Shown: piece after piece, positions 1-11,133 of the stretch
Layout of the letters: each line of letters starts with the position of its first letter
Numbering within the stretch: position 1 is the first letter of the stretch
Origin: Spirochaetia bacterium
Lineage (GTDB): Bacteria > Spirochaetota > Spirochaetia > SZUA-6 > Bin103
NCBI GenBank assembly: GCA_965203905.1
Contig: CBDBDQ010000005.1
Span: forward strand, 5,568,001 to 5,632,000
Length of the DNA: 64,000 bases
Direction: 5' to 3'
Made by a program: the position numbers and the translations under genes
The notes under the pieces: model-generated
What the model was told of the DNA's origin: nothing
What the model saw: the letters and a program-made list of their open reading frames with translations, nothing else
Databases searched by the model: none

Positions 1-1035
1 CAAGGACATTCGATGTCCCCGCTTCTTCAGAAAATCGATCACGAAGCGGTCGTCCTTGATTTCCTTGATCCGGCCCAGCCCCCAGGTCCGGTGGAACACG
101 TAATTGCCCTCGTCGAAACTGATGTGCTTCTCGAAGTCGGCGATCGCGTCGTGGACGTTGCGCCAGGACTGGTTCAGGTTGGACACCTTGATATACTCTT
201 CGAGATGGCTGTGGCCGGCATAGCGATTGGTATAGACATCCACCAATTCGGCTCGAGCACCACTCTTTCTGGGATCGTGATTGAGGATTCGTTTCAATAT
301 GTCGACCGAGGCATTCCAGTCTTCCTTTTCCCGGTAGTATGGGTAGAGTACCTCCAACAAGGTGATTCCGCGGTCTCCGCCGAGCCCCCGGACCACCTGG
401 TTCTCGATCTGTAGCAAGCCCTCGAAGTCTTCCGGCTGCAGCTCCACCAGCTTCTCCCACATTTGTTTGAGCGGAGAAAACTGGCGTCGGTTGATGTACC
501 GGTGCAGTGCTTTCTTGTAGTAGTCGAGAGCCCCGTCGAAGTCTCCTTCCTGCTCCCGTCTGGTGGCCAGGAGACGGACCGTGTCAGCATCCTCATAGTC
601 AACCTTTATGAGCCGTTCGAGGATTTCATAATGACGCTCATGATCGTCTTTCTTGGCATAGGTCTCGGCCAGTGTCCGCAATGCAAACTTGTTCTCGCCG
701 TAGCGCAGAATTCGTTCACAGAGGTATTCGACGATGTTCCATTTTTCTCCGTCGACAAACATGTTGGTCAGCGCTACCAGATTCGAGTCGTCCACAATGC
801 GTTTGCTGAGAGCCAGGATGCCGGACAGGTACAGGCCGATCACACTGTCCCTGCTGGTTTGCAGGTGCTGCTCACAAATCTCCTGGATTTCGTCCTGAGT
901 GTCTGCTCCGAGGGTCTCCTCGAGCAACTCATCCAGAGTCCTGAAACTGGACGTCGAGTAGCCCGACAAGTCGGCTCTGGTCCATTTCTCTTCGTTGATC
1001 ATTTCACTGATACGCTGGACAAGGGTGTCTGTCAT
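1..1035 (-). CDS. greA: Transcription elongation factor GreA, long spirochaete-type form (5' part; runs off the left edge)
   Basis: Open minus-strand frame absent from the ORF track: MTDTLVQRISEMINEEKWTRADL...FDEGNYVFHRTWGLGRIKEI. GGAG RBS before ATG 1035. The EEKWTRA N-terminus recalls spirochaete long GreA; the C-terminal Gre domain is outside the window. Confidence 0.75.
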   Translation of the reverse strand, partial: MTDTLVQRISEMINEEKWTRADLSGYSTSSFRTLDELLEETLGADTQDEIQEICEQHLQTSRDSVIGLYLSGILALSKRIVDDSNLVALTNMFVDGEKWNIVEYLCERILRYGENKFALRTLAETYAKKDDHERHYEILERLIKVDYEDADTVRLLATRREQEGDFDGALDYYKKALHRYINRRQFSPLKQMWEKLVELQPEDFEGLLQIENQVVRGLGGDRGITLLEVLYPYYREKEDWNASVDILKRILNHDPRKSGARAELVDVYTNRYAGHSHLEEYIKVSNLNQSWRNVHDAIADFEKHISFDEGNYVFHRTWGLGRIKEIKDDRFVIDFLKKRGHRMSL

Positions 1036-1095
1036 TACATTTACTCCGACTCAGGCTGCAGGCAGGTTAGGTGCGTGCGCTTGGTGATTGTTGTG

Positions 1096-2118
1096 TCAGC
1101 CGGCGTACTGCTGATATACGCCGATATCCAACACCTTGATACGGCGTAGGATGTCGTCCACCTTGGCGCGTTCTTCATGAGTAGCAAGAAAGTGCGCGAT
1201 CAACCAGAAGTAGCGATTGATCAACCGCGGTATCAAAGCCGCCTGATCGTCGCTCGGTTCCGGAGGGTCCACCGGACGCAGCTCCGGGCCGGTGGCCACA
1301 CCGAGGCGCTGCTCCAGTTCGAAGATGGATTGTCGTAGCTTTCCGTATTCCAGTGCGGTAAGCTCGCGAGTTACACTGAAGGCGCCCAACAGGACGCCGT
1401 AGACCGGCACCCACTCGGGCACGTTGCGGGTGATTCCGGCGGCCTTCACGGCGGCCACCAGGCGCCGAATCATCGGCGACTCGAGCTCTTCCAGCGGAAT
1501 TTCCGAGGCCCCGAGAAAAAACGCCTCTCGGAAGAAGATCTTGGCGGCGCGCGACTCTTCGATCAATGAGTAGCAGTCGGCGAGCTCCGCCAGAAGTGGC
1601 GCCCAGTCGCGCTCGAGACGCCGCGCGTGCTCCAGGTACCGGACCGCGTTGGCGAAGTCGCCCATGGCCTTTAACGAGTGGCCGAGCAGCAGCAGGCGGC
1701 GGGCTTGCGGGCTCGGGCGCGTATACCCGGTGCCGGCGGCAGCCGGAGTTTCCGAAGCCGAGGTCTGCAGCAGGTTGGCCACGGCGGTGGCATGTATGTA
1801 GTGCTTGATGTCCTGGTAGCATCGCTCCGGCAGGTCCCCAATGCGCGCCGCGAAGCCGCGGAAGGCGGCCCATTGGTCCAGCAGATAGCCGGCCCGTTCA
1901 GCGCTCGTCTCGATTTCGTCCAGCCGTTGTTGGCGCTCGGCCCAGTAGCGTACGCTCTTGAGCGCAGGGCCTACACCCTCGTACTCCACGTCGAGTTCGA
2001 GGGTGCGCTCCAACAACTTGGCGGCCTCCCCAAATGCACCGGACCGCAACTTGCCGTACGCACCGTTGACCATGTGCGCGATATCATTCTCTGCGAACGT
2101 GAGCTGTCGATCGGTCAT
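1096..2118 (-). CDS. Conserved TPR-like helical protein
   Basis: 340 aa with TPR-like helices (LGHSLKAMGDFANAVRYLEHA; LAELADCYSLI...FFREAF); upstream of greA. Confidence 0.7.
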   Translation of the reverse strand: MTDRQLTFAENDIAHMVNGAYGKLRSGAFGEAAKLLERTLELDVEYEGVGPALKSVRYWAERQQRLDEIETSAERAGYLLDQWAAFRGFAARIGDLPERCYQDIKHYIHATAVANLLQTSASETPAAAGTGYTRPSPQARRLLLLGHSLKAMGDFANAVRYLEHARRLERDWAPLLAELADCYSLIEESRAAKIFFREAFFLGASEIPLEELESPMIRRLVAAVKAAGITRNVPEWVPVYGVLLGAFSVTRELTALEYGKLRQSIFELEQRLGVATGPELRPVDPPEPSDDQAALIPRLINRYFWLIAHFLATHEERAKVDDILRRIKVLDIGVYQQYAG

Positions 2119-2231
2119 GTGGGAGGTATGCTATGACCAAAGGCTACACCGCACGGGCCGTCGGGGTCAATCGAGGGTGTTCGAGGGTCCGGGTTGTGCG
2201 ACCGGGGGCAACCGCCTACCTTTGCATCAGC

Positions 2232-2942
2232 ATGAGCCGCCCCCCACGCCTGCGACCGTTCCTGCCGTATGCCGGCGCTTCGCGACAGACCGTGGTGGCG
2301 CCCTCCATTCTGGCGGCTGACAGCGCCGATCTGGCGGGCGCCGTGGCGTTGGCAGCGCGTGCCGGGGCGAAGTGGCTGCATATCGACGTGATGGACGGCC
2401 GGTTCGTGCCGCCCATCACCTTCGGGGCGCAGACGGTGGCAGCTCTGCGCCGCCGCACCGAGCTGTTGCTCGACGTCCACCTGATGACCAGCCAACCGGA
2501 GCGCCACGTCGCCGCGTTTGCGGACGCCGGCGCCGACCTCATAACCTTTCATGTCGAAGCCACCGTTCACGTGCACCGTACCCTGCAGGCGATCCGTGCG
2601 GCCGGAATCGGTGCCGGGGTTGCATTGGTGCCGTCCACGCCCGCGGCGATGATCGGCGAGCTCGCGGAGATGGTGGATCTGGTCCTGGTCATGACCGTGA
2701 ATCCGGGGTATGGCGGGCAACGTCTCATCACCCGCTGTCTGGACAAGGTGGCCGAGGTCGCCGCCAGGCGCGAGGCGGCCGCGGCCGCGTACTTGATCCA
2801 GGTGGATGGCGGCATCAACCACCTGACCGCGGCTCGCGCCTGCGGCGCCGGCGCCGACGTGATGGTAGTCGGCACGGCATTCTACGGTGCCTCGGAGCCG
2901 CACGCCGCGCTGCGTGCTCTCGCCACTGCCGGCGCCTCCTGA
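2232..2942 (+). CDS. rpe: Ribulose-phosphate 3-epimerase
   Basis: APSILAAD, HIDVMDGRFVP, DVHLM, MTVNPGYGGQ and VDGGIN motifs. Start approximate. Confidence 0.95.
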   Translation: MSRPPRLRPFLPYAGASRQTVVAPSILAADSADLAGAVALAARAGAKWLHIDVMDGRFVPPITFGAQTVAALRRRTELLLDVHLMTSQPERHVAAFADAGADLITFHVEATVHVHRTLQAIRAAGIGAGVALVPSTPAAMIGELAEMVDLVLVMTVNPGYGGQRLITRCLDKVAEVAARREAAAAAYLIQVDGGINHLTAARACGAGADVMVVGTAFYGASEPHAALRALATAGAS

Positions 2943-3418
2943 TGCGGGCCGTGGTGCAGCGCGTGAGCAGCTGCGAGGTGAGGGTGGTGGATCCGGTCGC
3001 TGCCGGATCGGAGGAGTCCGGATTTCGGGTAGGGATCGGACCGGGGCTGCTGGTGTACGTTGCGGTCGCGGCCGAAGATGGAGAGCAAGACCTGGGCTAC
3101 CTGGTGGAGAAGATTCGCGGCCTGCGGATATTTCCCGATGCCGCCGGGCGCATGAACCGATCGGTGCAGGAACGAGACGGCGAGGTGCTGGTGGTGTCGC
3201 AGTTTACCCTGTATGGCGACACTCGCCGCGGACGCCGGCCCTGGTTCGGGCGGGCGGCCGCACCGGAGCGTGCCGAGGCCCTCTACGAGGAATTGATTTC
3301 GCGCCTGCGGACCTGCGGGCTGCGCGTGAGCGGCGGCAGGTTTCAGGCGCACATGGCGGTGGCCGCGGTCAACGATGGCCCGGTGACGATCCTGCTTGAC
3401 TCCGAGCGTACGTTCTGA
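2942..3418 (+). CDS. dtd: D-aminoacyl-tRNA deacylase
   Basis: MRAVVQRV, SQFTLYGD, GRRP, NDGPVT motifs; TGATG overlap with rpe. Confidence 0.95.
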   Translation: MRAVVQRVSSCEVRVVDPVAAGSEESGFRVGIGPGLLVYVAVAAEDGEQDLGYLVEKIRGLRIFPDAAGRMNRSVQERDGEVLVVSQFTLYGDTRRGRRPWFGRAAAPERAEALYEELISRLRTCGLRVSGGRFQAHMAVAAVNDGPVTILLDSERTF

Positions 3419-3607
3419 GCAATTGACCGCCGGATCGCCGCTGGCCTACCATGCGGGCAGAAGGTCGGGCCGGGCCACCGCGCGCTCGAGGCAGGGCGAT
3501 CGACGCATGGGCGCGACACCGCTTTGAAGCGCCAGCCGATACCGCGCCGTTATCATTATCACACACGGGCCGCTGGCGCGCGGGATAGCGCGTCGGCCCG
3601 GTGACAG

Positions 3608-3651
3608 CCCAGGGGGTATTATCCCCCAGGGGGATTATCCCAGGAGGGATT

Positions 3652-3653
<2 letters not shown>
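3608..3653 (+). repeat. Three imperfect tandem 14-15 bp repeats overlapping the recA RBS and start codon
   Basis: CCCAGGGGGTATTAT (3608-3622), CCCAGGGGGATTAT (3625-3638), CCCAGGAGGGATTAT (3639-3653). Confidence 0.8.
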
Positions 3654-4740
<1,087 letters not shown>

Positions 4741-4770
4741 GTGGCCCGTCCGCGGGCAGGTTCAGTAAGC

Positions 4771-5655
4771 ATGAGCGCCCAGATCGTGACTGACCAGGGA
4801 GCCGGGACGGTGCCTCCGCCCCATCAGGCAGCCGGTCGAACCGGTCCCGAGTTGCCGTTCGGTGCCGCGCCGGCGCCGCAGGGTGTCAGCTTTCAACTGC
4901 AGGAATTCGAAGGTCCGCTGGACTTGCTCCTGCACTTGATCCAGCGTGCCGAGGTCAACATCTACGACATTCCGATCGCCACCATCACCGACCAGTACCT
5001 GCAGTACCTGGCGGCGGCGAAAGAGAACCCCGGGGCCACCCCCGACGATGGCGCGGAGCAGAGCCGGCGCCGGCTCGAAGACCTGTCCCGGTTTCAGGTG
5101 ATGGCGGCCACCCTCCTGCACATCAAGTCGCGCATGCTGCTGCCGTTGCCGTACACCTCCGAGGAACCGTACGAGGATCCGCGCCAGGAGCTGGTCGAGC
5201 GCCTGCTGGAGTATCAGCGCTTCAAGCGGCTCAGCGAAGTGCTGGCCGAGCAGCAACAGCAGGCCCACTGGATCATCACTCGCTCCGAGCCGCGGATGCT
5301 GCCCGATTCGGAGGTGATCCCGGAACCCGCCGCGGCGCAACTGTCACCGGACCAGCTGCTGGCGGCGTTCAAGGAAATCGTAGCGGCGATCGGTGGCGAG
5401 CAGCTTACCAGCCTGTACGAAGAGTTTACCGTCAAGGAAAAGATTGCCCTGGTGCACGAGCGGTTGGCGCTCACGGCGGCGTTTTCGTTCCTGGAGCTGG
5501 TTCGCGGCGGCTCTGCCCTGGAGATCATCTGCGCATTCTGGGCGGTCCTCGAACTGGCCAAGACGCAGGCCATCGTCGTGCTCCAGCGCCATCAGTTCGC
5601 GGCGATCACCGTGGAGCGTGGATTCCGAGCCGCGGTGCCGGATCGGGCAGGGTAG
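4771..5655 (+). CDS. scpA: Segregation and condensation protein A
   Basis: FEGPLDLLLHLI, IKSRMLLP, EDPRQELVERLLEY, FWAVLEL. Confidence 0.92.
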   Translation: MSAQIVTDQGAGTVPPPHQAAGRTGPELPFGAAPAPQGVSFQLQEFEGPLDLLLHLIQRAEVNIYDIPIATITDQYLQYLAAAKENPGATPDDGAEQSRRRLEDLSRFQVMAATLLHIKSRMLLPLPYTSEEPYEDPRQELVERLLEYQRFKRLSEVLAEQQQQAHWIITRSEPRMLPDSEVIPEPAAAQLSPDQLLAAFKEIVAAIGGEQLTSLYEEFTVKEKIALVHERLALTAAFSFLELVRGGSALEIICAFWAVLELAKTQAIVVLQRHQFAAITVERGFRAAVPDRAG

Positions 5656-6230
5656 TGGTGAGCCCCACCGGGGCACTCGCCGCGCCGGGCGGGATGGAGC
5701 AGCAGAGCAGGCTGGTAGAGGCAATCCTGTTCCTGGAGGCGGAACCGCAGAGCGCGGCGCGTCTGGCGCGCCTTACGGGACTGACGGTGGCAGCGGTGCG
5801 CGCCGCCGTCGGCCAGGTGCAGCGCCGCTTCGCCGGCGCCGACCACGGGGTCCAGGTGCTGGAGGTCGCCGGCGGCTATACGCTGGTTCCGAAACCAGAC
5901 CTGTGGCCGTGGCTGCGTCCCCACTACGGGCGCCTTTCGCAGGGCAGGATGTCGCGTGCGGCCCTGGAGACGCTTGCCATCATCGCCTATTCGCAACCGG
6001 TGACGCGCAGCGAGATCGAGAGCATCCGAGGAGTGTCTCCGGATTCCATGCTGCGCGTTCTCGGCGAGCGCGATCTGATCTGCGAAGTGGGACGCAAGGA
6101 GGTCCCCGGAAGGCCAATTCAGTACGGCACCTCGGCTGAGTTTCTGCGGATCTTCGGCCTGACGTCCATCGCCGACCTGCCGAAGCTGACTGACGCGGAT
6201 CGCGCCAGGTTCAGAGCCGCCGATGAATGA
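5655..6230 (+). CDS. scpB: Segregation and condensation protein B
   Basis: EAILF, SRAALETLAIIAYSQPVTRSEIESIRGV, PGRPIQYGT. The start may be ATG 5694. Confidence 0.95.
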   Translation: MVSPTGALAAPGGMEQQSRLVEAILFLEAEPQSAARLARLTGLTVAAVRAAVGQVQRRFAGADHGVQVLEVAGGYTLVPKPDLWPWLRPHYGRLSQGRMSRAALETLAIIAYSQPVTRSEIESIRGVSPDSMLRVLGERDLICEVGRKEVPGRPIQYGTSAEFLRIFGLTSIADLPKLTDADRARFRAADE

Positions 6231-7017
6231 CGCGGCGCCCGTACCCGGCGCGGAAGGATTACGCCGCGAGCGCTTGCAGGTATTTCTGGCGCGCTCCGGG
6301 GTGGCCTCGCGGCGCGCCGCTGAGCGGCTGATCGACGCCGGCCGGGTAACGGTGAACGGCAAGCTCGTGGTGACACAGGGCAGCAAGGTGGGTCCCGGCG
6401 ACCGGGTCGCCGTAGACGGCAGGGATGTGGCCGCGACCATCGAACCGGCCTATCTTGCGCTGCACAAGCCGCCCGGTTATCTGTGCGCCAATCACGATCC
6501 GGCGAACCGACCGCTGGCGCGCAGCCTGTTGCCCGCTGCCGCGGGGCGCCTGTTTCATGTCGGTCGGCTGGACCTCGCTTCCCAGGGACTGATCCTGTTC
6601 ACCAACGACGGCCAGCTCGCGGTGCGCGCCACTCACCCGCGCTTCGGAGTGGAGAAGGAGTACCACGTGCTCACCGACCGGAGCGTGCCGGTCGCAGTGC
6701 TGGAGGAATATCGCGCCGGATGTCGCATCGGCGGTGTCACCTACCGGCTGTCCAGCTACCGGCTCGGTCCCGGCGCCCGGGTAACCCTGACACTGGCGGA
6801 AGGCCGCAACCGCGAGATTCGTCGCGTGTTGGGGAATGCCGGCCTGGAGGTGCGCCGTCTCACCCGGGTGCGGGTGGGGCCGGTGACTCTGCACGGGCTG
6901 GTCCCCGGAGGCTGGCGGCGGTTGACGCCGCGGGAGGTGGCATGGTTTCTGCGCCTGCGGCCGCGCCGGCCGGATCCCGCCGCAGCCTCGGACGCGCTCC
7001 CGGTGGCGTCCGCGTGA
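6223..7017 (+). CDS. rluB: rRNA pseudouridine synthase (RsuA/RluB family)
   Basis: S4 domain (RLQVFLARSGVASRR), catalytic VGRLD, EGRNREIRR; usual position after scpB. Confidence 0.88.
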   Translation: MNDAAPVPGAEGLRRERLQVFLARSGVASRRAAERLIDAGRVTVNGKLVVTQGSKVGPGDRVAVDGRDVAATIEPAYLALHKPPGYLCANHDPANRPLARSLLPAAAGRLFHVGRLDLASQGLILFTNDGQLAVRATHPRFGVEKEYHVLTDRSVPVAVLEEYRAGCRIGGVTYRLSSYRLGPGARVTLTLAEGRNREIRRVLGNAGLEVRRLTRVRVGPVTLHGLVPGGWRRLTPREVAWFLRLRPRRPDPAAASDALPVASA

Positions 7018-7042
7018 GCAGCCGCTGCGGCGGGGCACACCG

Positions 7043-7702
7043 ATGCCGGTGATCGCCATCGATGGCCCGTCCGGGTCGGGCAAGTCCACGGTAGCGGCGT
7101 GTCTGGCGGCTCGGCTCGGAGTGTCGTGGCTCAGTTCCGGCGCGTTGTATCGCGCCGTGACGCGGCTGACGCTGGAGCGTCTGGGCGCCGCCGCGCCTGC
7201 CGGGCCAATAAGCGCGCTGGTGCGCTCCGTGCACTGGGAGGTAACCGGTGCGGCGGTACGGGCCGATCATCGGGATCTGACGGCGTCGCTGCACAGCGCC
7301 GAGGTCGACCGCCACGTAGCGCAGGTGTCCGCCATTCCCGGGGTCAGGCAAGCGATCAACCACCTGCTGCGGATAACCGTCGGCGCCGGCCGCTGGGTGG
7401 TCGAGGGCCGCGACATCGGTACCGAGGTGTTTCCCGAAGCGGTGCTCAAGGTGTACCTTGATGCCGAGCCGGTGGTTCGCGCGGAGCGGCGCGCGCTGCA
7501 GCACCACTCCGCCGTCAGTGCTTCTGCGGTGGCGCAGGTTGCCGCGTCGCTGGCCGAACGCGACCGCCGTGACCGGCGTAAACCGGTAGGTGCGTTGCGG
7601 CCGGCAGAGGACGCGCAACGTATCGACACATCGCACTTGACGGTCCCCGAGGTTTGTGCAAATCTATTCCACATTGTCCCCAGCGATTTCCTCCCGGAGT
7701 AA
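7043..7702 (+). CDS. cmk: Cytidylate kinase
   Basis: IAIDGPSGSGKST, GALYRA, EGRDIGTEVFP; precedes rpsA. Confidence 0.95.
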   Translation: MPVIAIDGPSGSGKSTVAACLAARLGVSWLSSGALYRAVTRLTLERLGAAAPAGPISALVRSVHWEVTGAAVRADHRDLTASLHSAEVDRHVAQVSAIPGVRQAINHLLRITVGAGRWVVEGRDIGTEVFPEAVLKVYLDAEPVVRAERRALQHHSAVSASAVAQVAASLAERDRRDRRKPVGALRPAEDAQRIDTSHLTVPEVCANLFHIVPSDFLPE

Positions 7703-7715
7703 TCCTGTTCTCACC

Positions 7716-9419
7716 ATGAGCGACTCGGAAACGGGCTCGTCAAAGCCCAAGTCCTTCGAATCCCAGCTCCAAGAGCAATACATCACCCGTCTCGACCGGG
7801 TGGAAGAGGGTCAACTGATCACTGGCCACGTGATCGAGGTAGGCCCGGAAACCGTGTTCGTTGACGTAGGACTCAAGTCGGAAGGTCGCATTCCGATTGA
7901 GGAATTCGTCGAGCCCCCGCACGTGGACGACGAAGTGAACGTCGTGCTGTTGCGCAAGGAGGGCCGCCATGGCGAGGTGGTCGTGTCCAAGCGCAAGGCG
8001 GACGAACAGGTGGTGTGGCGCGCGCTGAAGGACTCGGGCGAGACCGGTGAGCCGGTTCCCGGACGCATCACGCGCAAGATCAAGGGTGGCTACGAGGTCG
8101 ACCTCGGTGCCGCCTTGCGCGCCTTCGTTCCATTCTCCAAGGTCGACGTGATGCGGGTGCGGGACGAAGACGCCTACATTGGACTCGAAACCCGTTTCTT
8201 CGTGGAGCAGCTCTACAACCGCGGCAAGGTGAACATCGTCCTGAACCGCAAGGCGTGGCTGGAGCGGGAGGCCAAGAAAAAGCGCGACCAGTTCTACGAC
8301 ACCGCCGCGATCGGAGACGTGTACCGCGGTACCGTCAAGACCTTCACCTCGTTCGGAGCCTTCGTCGACCTGGGCGGCTTCGATGGCCTGCTCCACGTCA
8401 ACGACATGCGCTGGGGCCACGTGGCCTCGCCGAAGGACGCGGTGGTGATCGGCGAGGAGGTCAACGTCAAGGTCATTCGCATCGACCGCGAGGCGCAGAA
8501 GGTCAACCTCAGTCTCAAGCACTTTACGCCCGATCCATGGACCACCTTCGAGGAGCGGTACACGCTCGACGATCTGGTAACCGGCAAGGTAACGAAGATC
8601 ACCGATTTCGGTGCATTCATCGAGATCGAACCGGGCATCGAGGGGCTGTTGCACATCTCCGACATGTCGTGGGTCAAGAAGATCGGGCATCCGCGCGAGA
8701 TCCTCGCCAACGGCGACGAGGTGCAGGTGAAGATTCTCGCCTACGACCTGGAGCGCGGCAAGCTGTCGCTGGGTCTCAAGCACGTCTTGCCCAACCCCTG
8801 GGACACCGCGGAGGAGCGCTATCCGCCCGGCAAGGTGGTAAAGGGTATCGTCCGCAACATCACCAGCTACGGGGCGTTCGTACAACTGGAGGAAGGGATC
8901 GACGGATTGCTGCACGTCGATGACATGTCGTGGACCAAGAAAGTTCGCAATCCCGCCTCGGTTGTGCAGACCGACCAGGAACTCGAGGTCGCCGTGGTGG
9001 ACCTCGACAAGAAGGCACGCCGTATTCGCCTTGGCTTGAAGCAGCTCTCCGACGACCCGTGGGTGGCGTTGGCCCGCGCCTTCCGTCGTGGCAGCGTGAT
9101 CGAGGGGCAGGTAACCAGCAAGACCGACTTCGGCGTGTTCGTTCGGGTGCAGGGCGGCATCGAAGGCCTCATAGCCAACAACCAACTGGTCGATCCGGTC
9201 GGCGGCAGCATCGACAAGGCGCGCGAGGAACTTCAGCCGGGCGCCCAACTGAAGGCCGTGGTCACCGAGGTCAGTGCCGAAAAGCAGCGCCTGTCGCTGT
9301 CTCTGCGTGAAATGCAGCGCCGGGAAGAGCGCCAGGAACTGGTGAAGTACATCCATGACGACGAACAGCCCGAAAGCGTATCCCTGGGCGAATTCCTGAA
9401 GGACCGATCGTCCAATTGA
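7716..9419 (+). CDS. rpsA: 30S ribosomal protein S1
   Basis: Six S1 repeats (FGAFVDLGGFDGLLHV, FGAFIEIEPGIEGLLHISD and others). Confidence 0.97.
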   Translation: MSDSETGSSKPKSFESQLQEQYITRLDRVEEGQLITGHVIEVGPETVFVDVGLKSEGRIPIEEFVEPPHVDDEVNVVLLRKEGRHGEVVVSKRKADEQVVWRALKDSGETGEPVPGRITRKIKGGYEVDLGAALRAFVPFSKVDVMRVRDEDAYIGLETRFFVEQLYNRGKVNIVLNRKAWLEREAKKKRDQFYDTAAIGDVYRGTVKTFTSFGAFVDLGGFDGLLHVNDMRWGHVASPKDAVVIGEEVNVKVIRIDREAQKVNLSLKHFTPDPWTTFEERYTLDDLVTGKVTKITDFGAFIEIEPGIEGLLHISDMSWVKKIGHPREILANGDEVQVKILAYDLERGKLSLGLKHVLPNPWDTAEERYPPGKVVKGIVRNITSYGAFVQLEEGIDGLLHVDDMSWTKKVRNPASVVQTDQELEVAVVDLDKKARRIRLGLKQLSDDPWVALARAFRRGSVIEGQVTSKTDFGVFVRVQGGIEGLIANNQLVDPVGGSIDKAREELQPGAQLKAVVTEVSAEKQRLSLSLREMQRREERQELVKYIHDDEQPESVSLGEFLKDRSSN

Positions 9420-9456
9420 TGGTTCCTGGTAGCGTATCGGCAGGTGGGGCGCAGGC

Positions 9457-10158
9457 ATGAGTAGCGCCCTGTCCACGGGCGCAACGTCGAGCCCGGCGGC
9501 GGTAGTATCGGCTTTCGTAGAGCGCCACAAGGTAGTGTTGCTGGTGGTTGCGGCCGTGATGCTGGCGGCGCTGATCGTGTGGTTGGCCTGGGCCGAGCGC
9601 GAACGCAGCGTCACCGAGAGTTCGGCGTTGCGCGCCGAGCGCTTGCAGGATCTGTATCAGACCTGGCGGGCGGAGCCCGAGGGGACGCGCAAGACCAACC
9701 TGGGCGAGGACCTGGTCGAGGATGTGGAACGCATCGTGCGGCAGTTCCCGCGCCGTTATGCGGCACAGCGGGCGTTGTACGTCCGCGCCCAGTACCGGTT
9801 CGACCTGGAGCAGTGGAGCGACGCCGTGGCCGATTGGCTGGAGCTGGCTGCCCGCTGGCCCGACAGCTATCTGGCACCGCTGAGCGTCTTCAACGCCGCG
9901 ATTGCCAGCGAGGAGGCGGGCCAACCGGAGCAGGCGCTGGAGCAGCTGCAGCGGATCGTGGACCAATGGGGGGACACGATTCTGGTCCCGCGCGCGCTGT
10001 TTTCGATCGGTCGCATGGCCGAGCAGCGCGGCGACGCCGGTACGGCACAGGCGACCTACGACCGCCTGACGGAGGAACATGGCGGCAGCAGGTGGGCCGT
10101 GGCGGCGCGCAACCGCCTCATCGTACTGGAGACCCAGGGCCAACCGGCCGCGGAGTAG
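9457..10158 (+). CDS. Membrane-anchored TPR protein (YfgM-like)
   Basis: Single N-terminal TM helix followed by TPR-like repeats. Confidence 0.75.
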   Translation: MSSALSTGATSSPAAVVSAFVERHKVVLLVVAAVMLAALIVWLAWAERERSVTESSALRAERLQDLYQTWRAEPEGTRKTNLGEDLVEDVERIVRQFPRRYAAQRALYVRAQYRFDLEQWSDAVADWLELAARWPDSYLAPLSVFNAAIASEEAGQPEQALEQLQRIVDQWGDTILVPRALFSIGRMAEQRGDAGTAQATYDRLTEEHGGSRWAVAARNRLIVLETQGQPAAE

Positions 10159-10189
10159 GGCGCATTGGGGCGCGCCCGTACGCTGTCCG

Positions 10190-10858
10190 GTGCGGCTCCT
10201 GGCCGCGATCCTGGTCGGCGTGGTTGGCGGCTGCGGACTGCCCGATCCACGTCCACTGCTGCCACCGCCGTCCGCTCCTGCCTTCTCCGACACGGCGGAT
10301 ACGTTCAGTTTCTCCCAGCCCACGGGCGCCGGCAGCGACCAGGTGCCGAGCCTGCAGACCTTCGGTTACGAGGTCTATTACCGATTCTCCGCCATCGGAG
10401 CAGCCACCGACCGCAACCTCCCGGATCGCACTCAGCTCGGTGCCAACGGGTTCGTGGCTCTGCGCACGGCGGATGATCGTCACCCGCTGGCGGCGACCGG
10501 GCGGCCGTTGATCGCGGTGCCGAGCGCGGCGCGAGCCGAGCACCGCGTGACGCTGAGCTTCGTGGCACTGGAAACCGGTGCCGACCCCCACGCCACCTTG
10601 GGTTCGGGGGGCCGCATCTCGCTGCGCCGCGGCGTGGAGGATACGTTCACCGGCCGCTATGAGCGCTTCGCGTGTGAGGAGTTCGACTCGGACCATCCCG
10701 ATGTGGAGGCCTACCCGGAGCTGCCCCAGGACTGCGCCGCGGGATTGGAGGTGCAACTGCAGCTTTACGCCGTTGCCTACGGGCGCGACGCGGAACGCAA
10801 CGAGCAGTTCAGCGAACCGCTGTACCTGGCTTCGATCAACGTCACCTTCAGTAGCTGA
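10190..10858 (+). CDS. Putative lipoprotein
   Basis: VRLLAAILVGVVGG-C lipobox-like signal, followed by GYEVYYRF; start approximate. Confidence 0.65.
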   Translation: MRLLAAILVGVVGGCGLPDPRPLLPPPSAPAFSDTADTFSFSQPTGAGSDQVPSLQTFGYEVYYRFSAIGAATDRNLPDRTQLGANGFVALRTADDRHPLAATGRPLIAVPSAARAEHRVTLSFVALETGADPHATLGSGGRISLRRGVEDTFTGRYERFACEEFDSDHPDVEAYPELPQDCAAGLEVQLQLYAVAYGRDAERNEQFSEPLYLASINVTFSS

Positions 10859-10863
10859 CAACC

Positions 10864-11133
10864 GTGTTCCCGTACCTCACCGTCGGCCTGACCTACATCA
10901 CCGTCGGGCTGGCGGCGGCCATCTTCTGCCACTTCGTGCTGCGGCGGCGGGTGCTGGGCAACTTCTGGGGTGCCCTCATCGTCGGCCTGATCGGCGCCGT
11001 CCTCGGCGGCATGCTGGACCAGGTGCTGGCCGGCGTGATCGAGCGGCTGGCCCACTTCAACCGCGTCAACCTGTTCGCGGCGGGGTTCTGCGCGATCGTC
11101 CTGATCTGGACGTTGTCGCGGCTCAACGAGTGA
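10864..11133 (+). CDS. Small membrane protein (GlsB/YeaQ-like)
   Basis: 89 aa, three hydrophobic Gly-rich helices (LIVGLIGAVLGG). Confidence 0.65.
   Translation: MFPYLTVGLTYITVGLAAAIFCHFVLRRRVLGNFWGALIVGLIGAVLGGMLDQVLAGVIERLAHFNRVNLFAAGFCAIVLIWTLSRLNE

Noticed and set aside
13-1149. Plus-strand ORFs 13-414 and 463-1149
   Set aside because: Antisense shadows of the minus-strand greA frame.
2990-3009. Hairpin GATCCGG-N6-CCGGATC within an apparent short insertion in dtd
   Set aside because: A 7-bp stem is plausible by chance at this GC content, it shares no sequence with the 58032 insert, and no paralogue is available for comparison.
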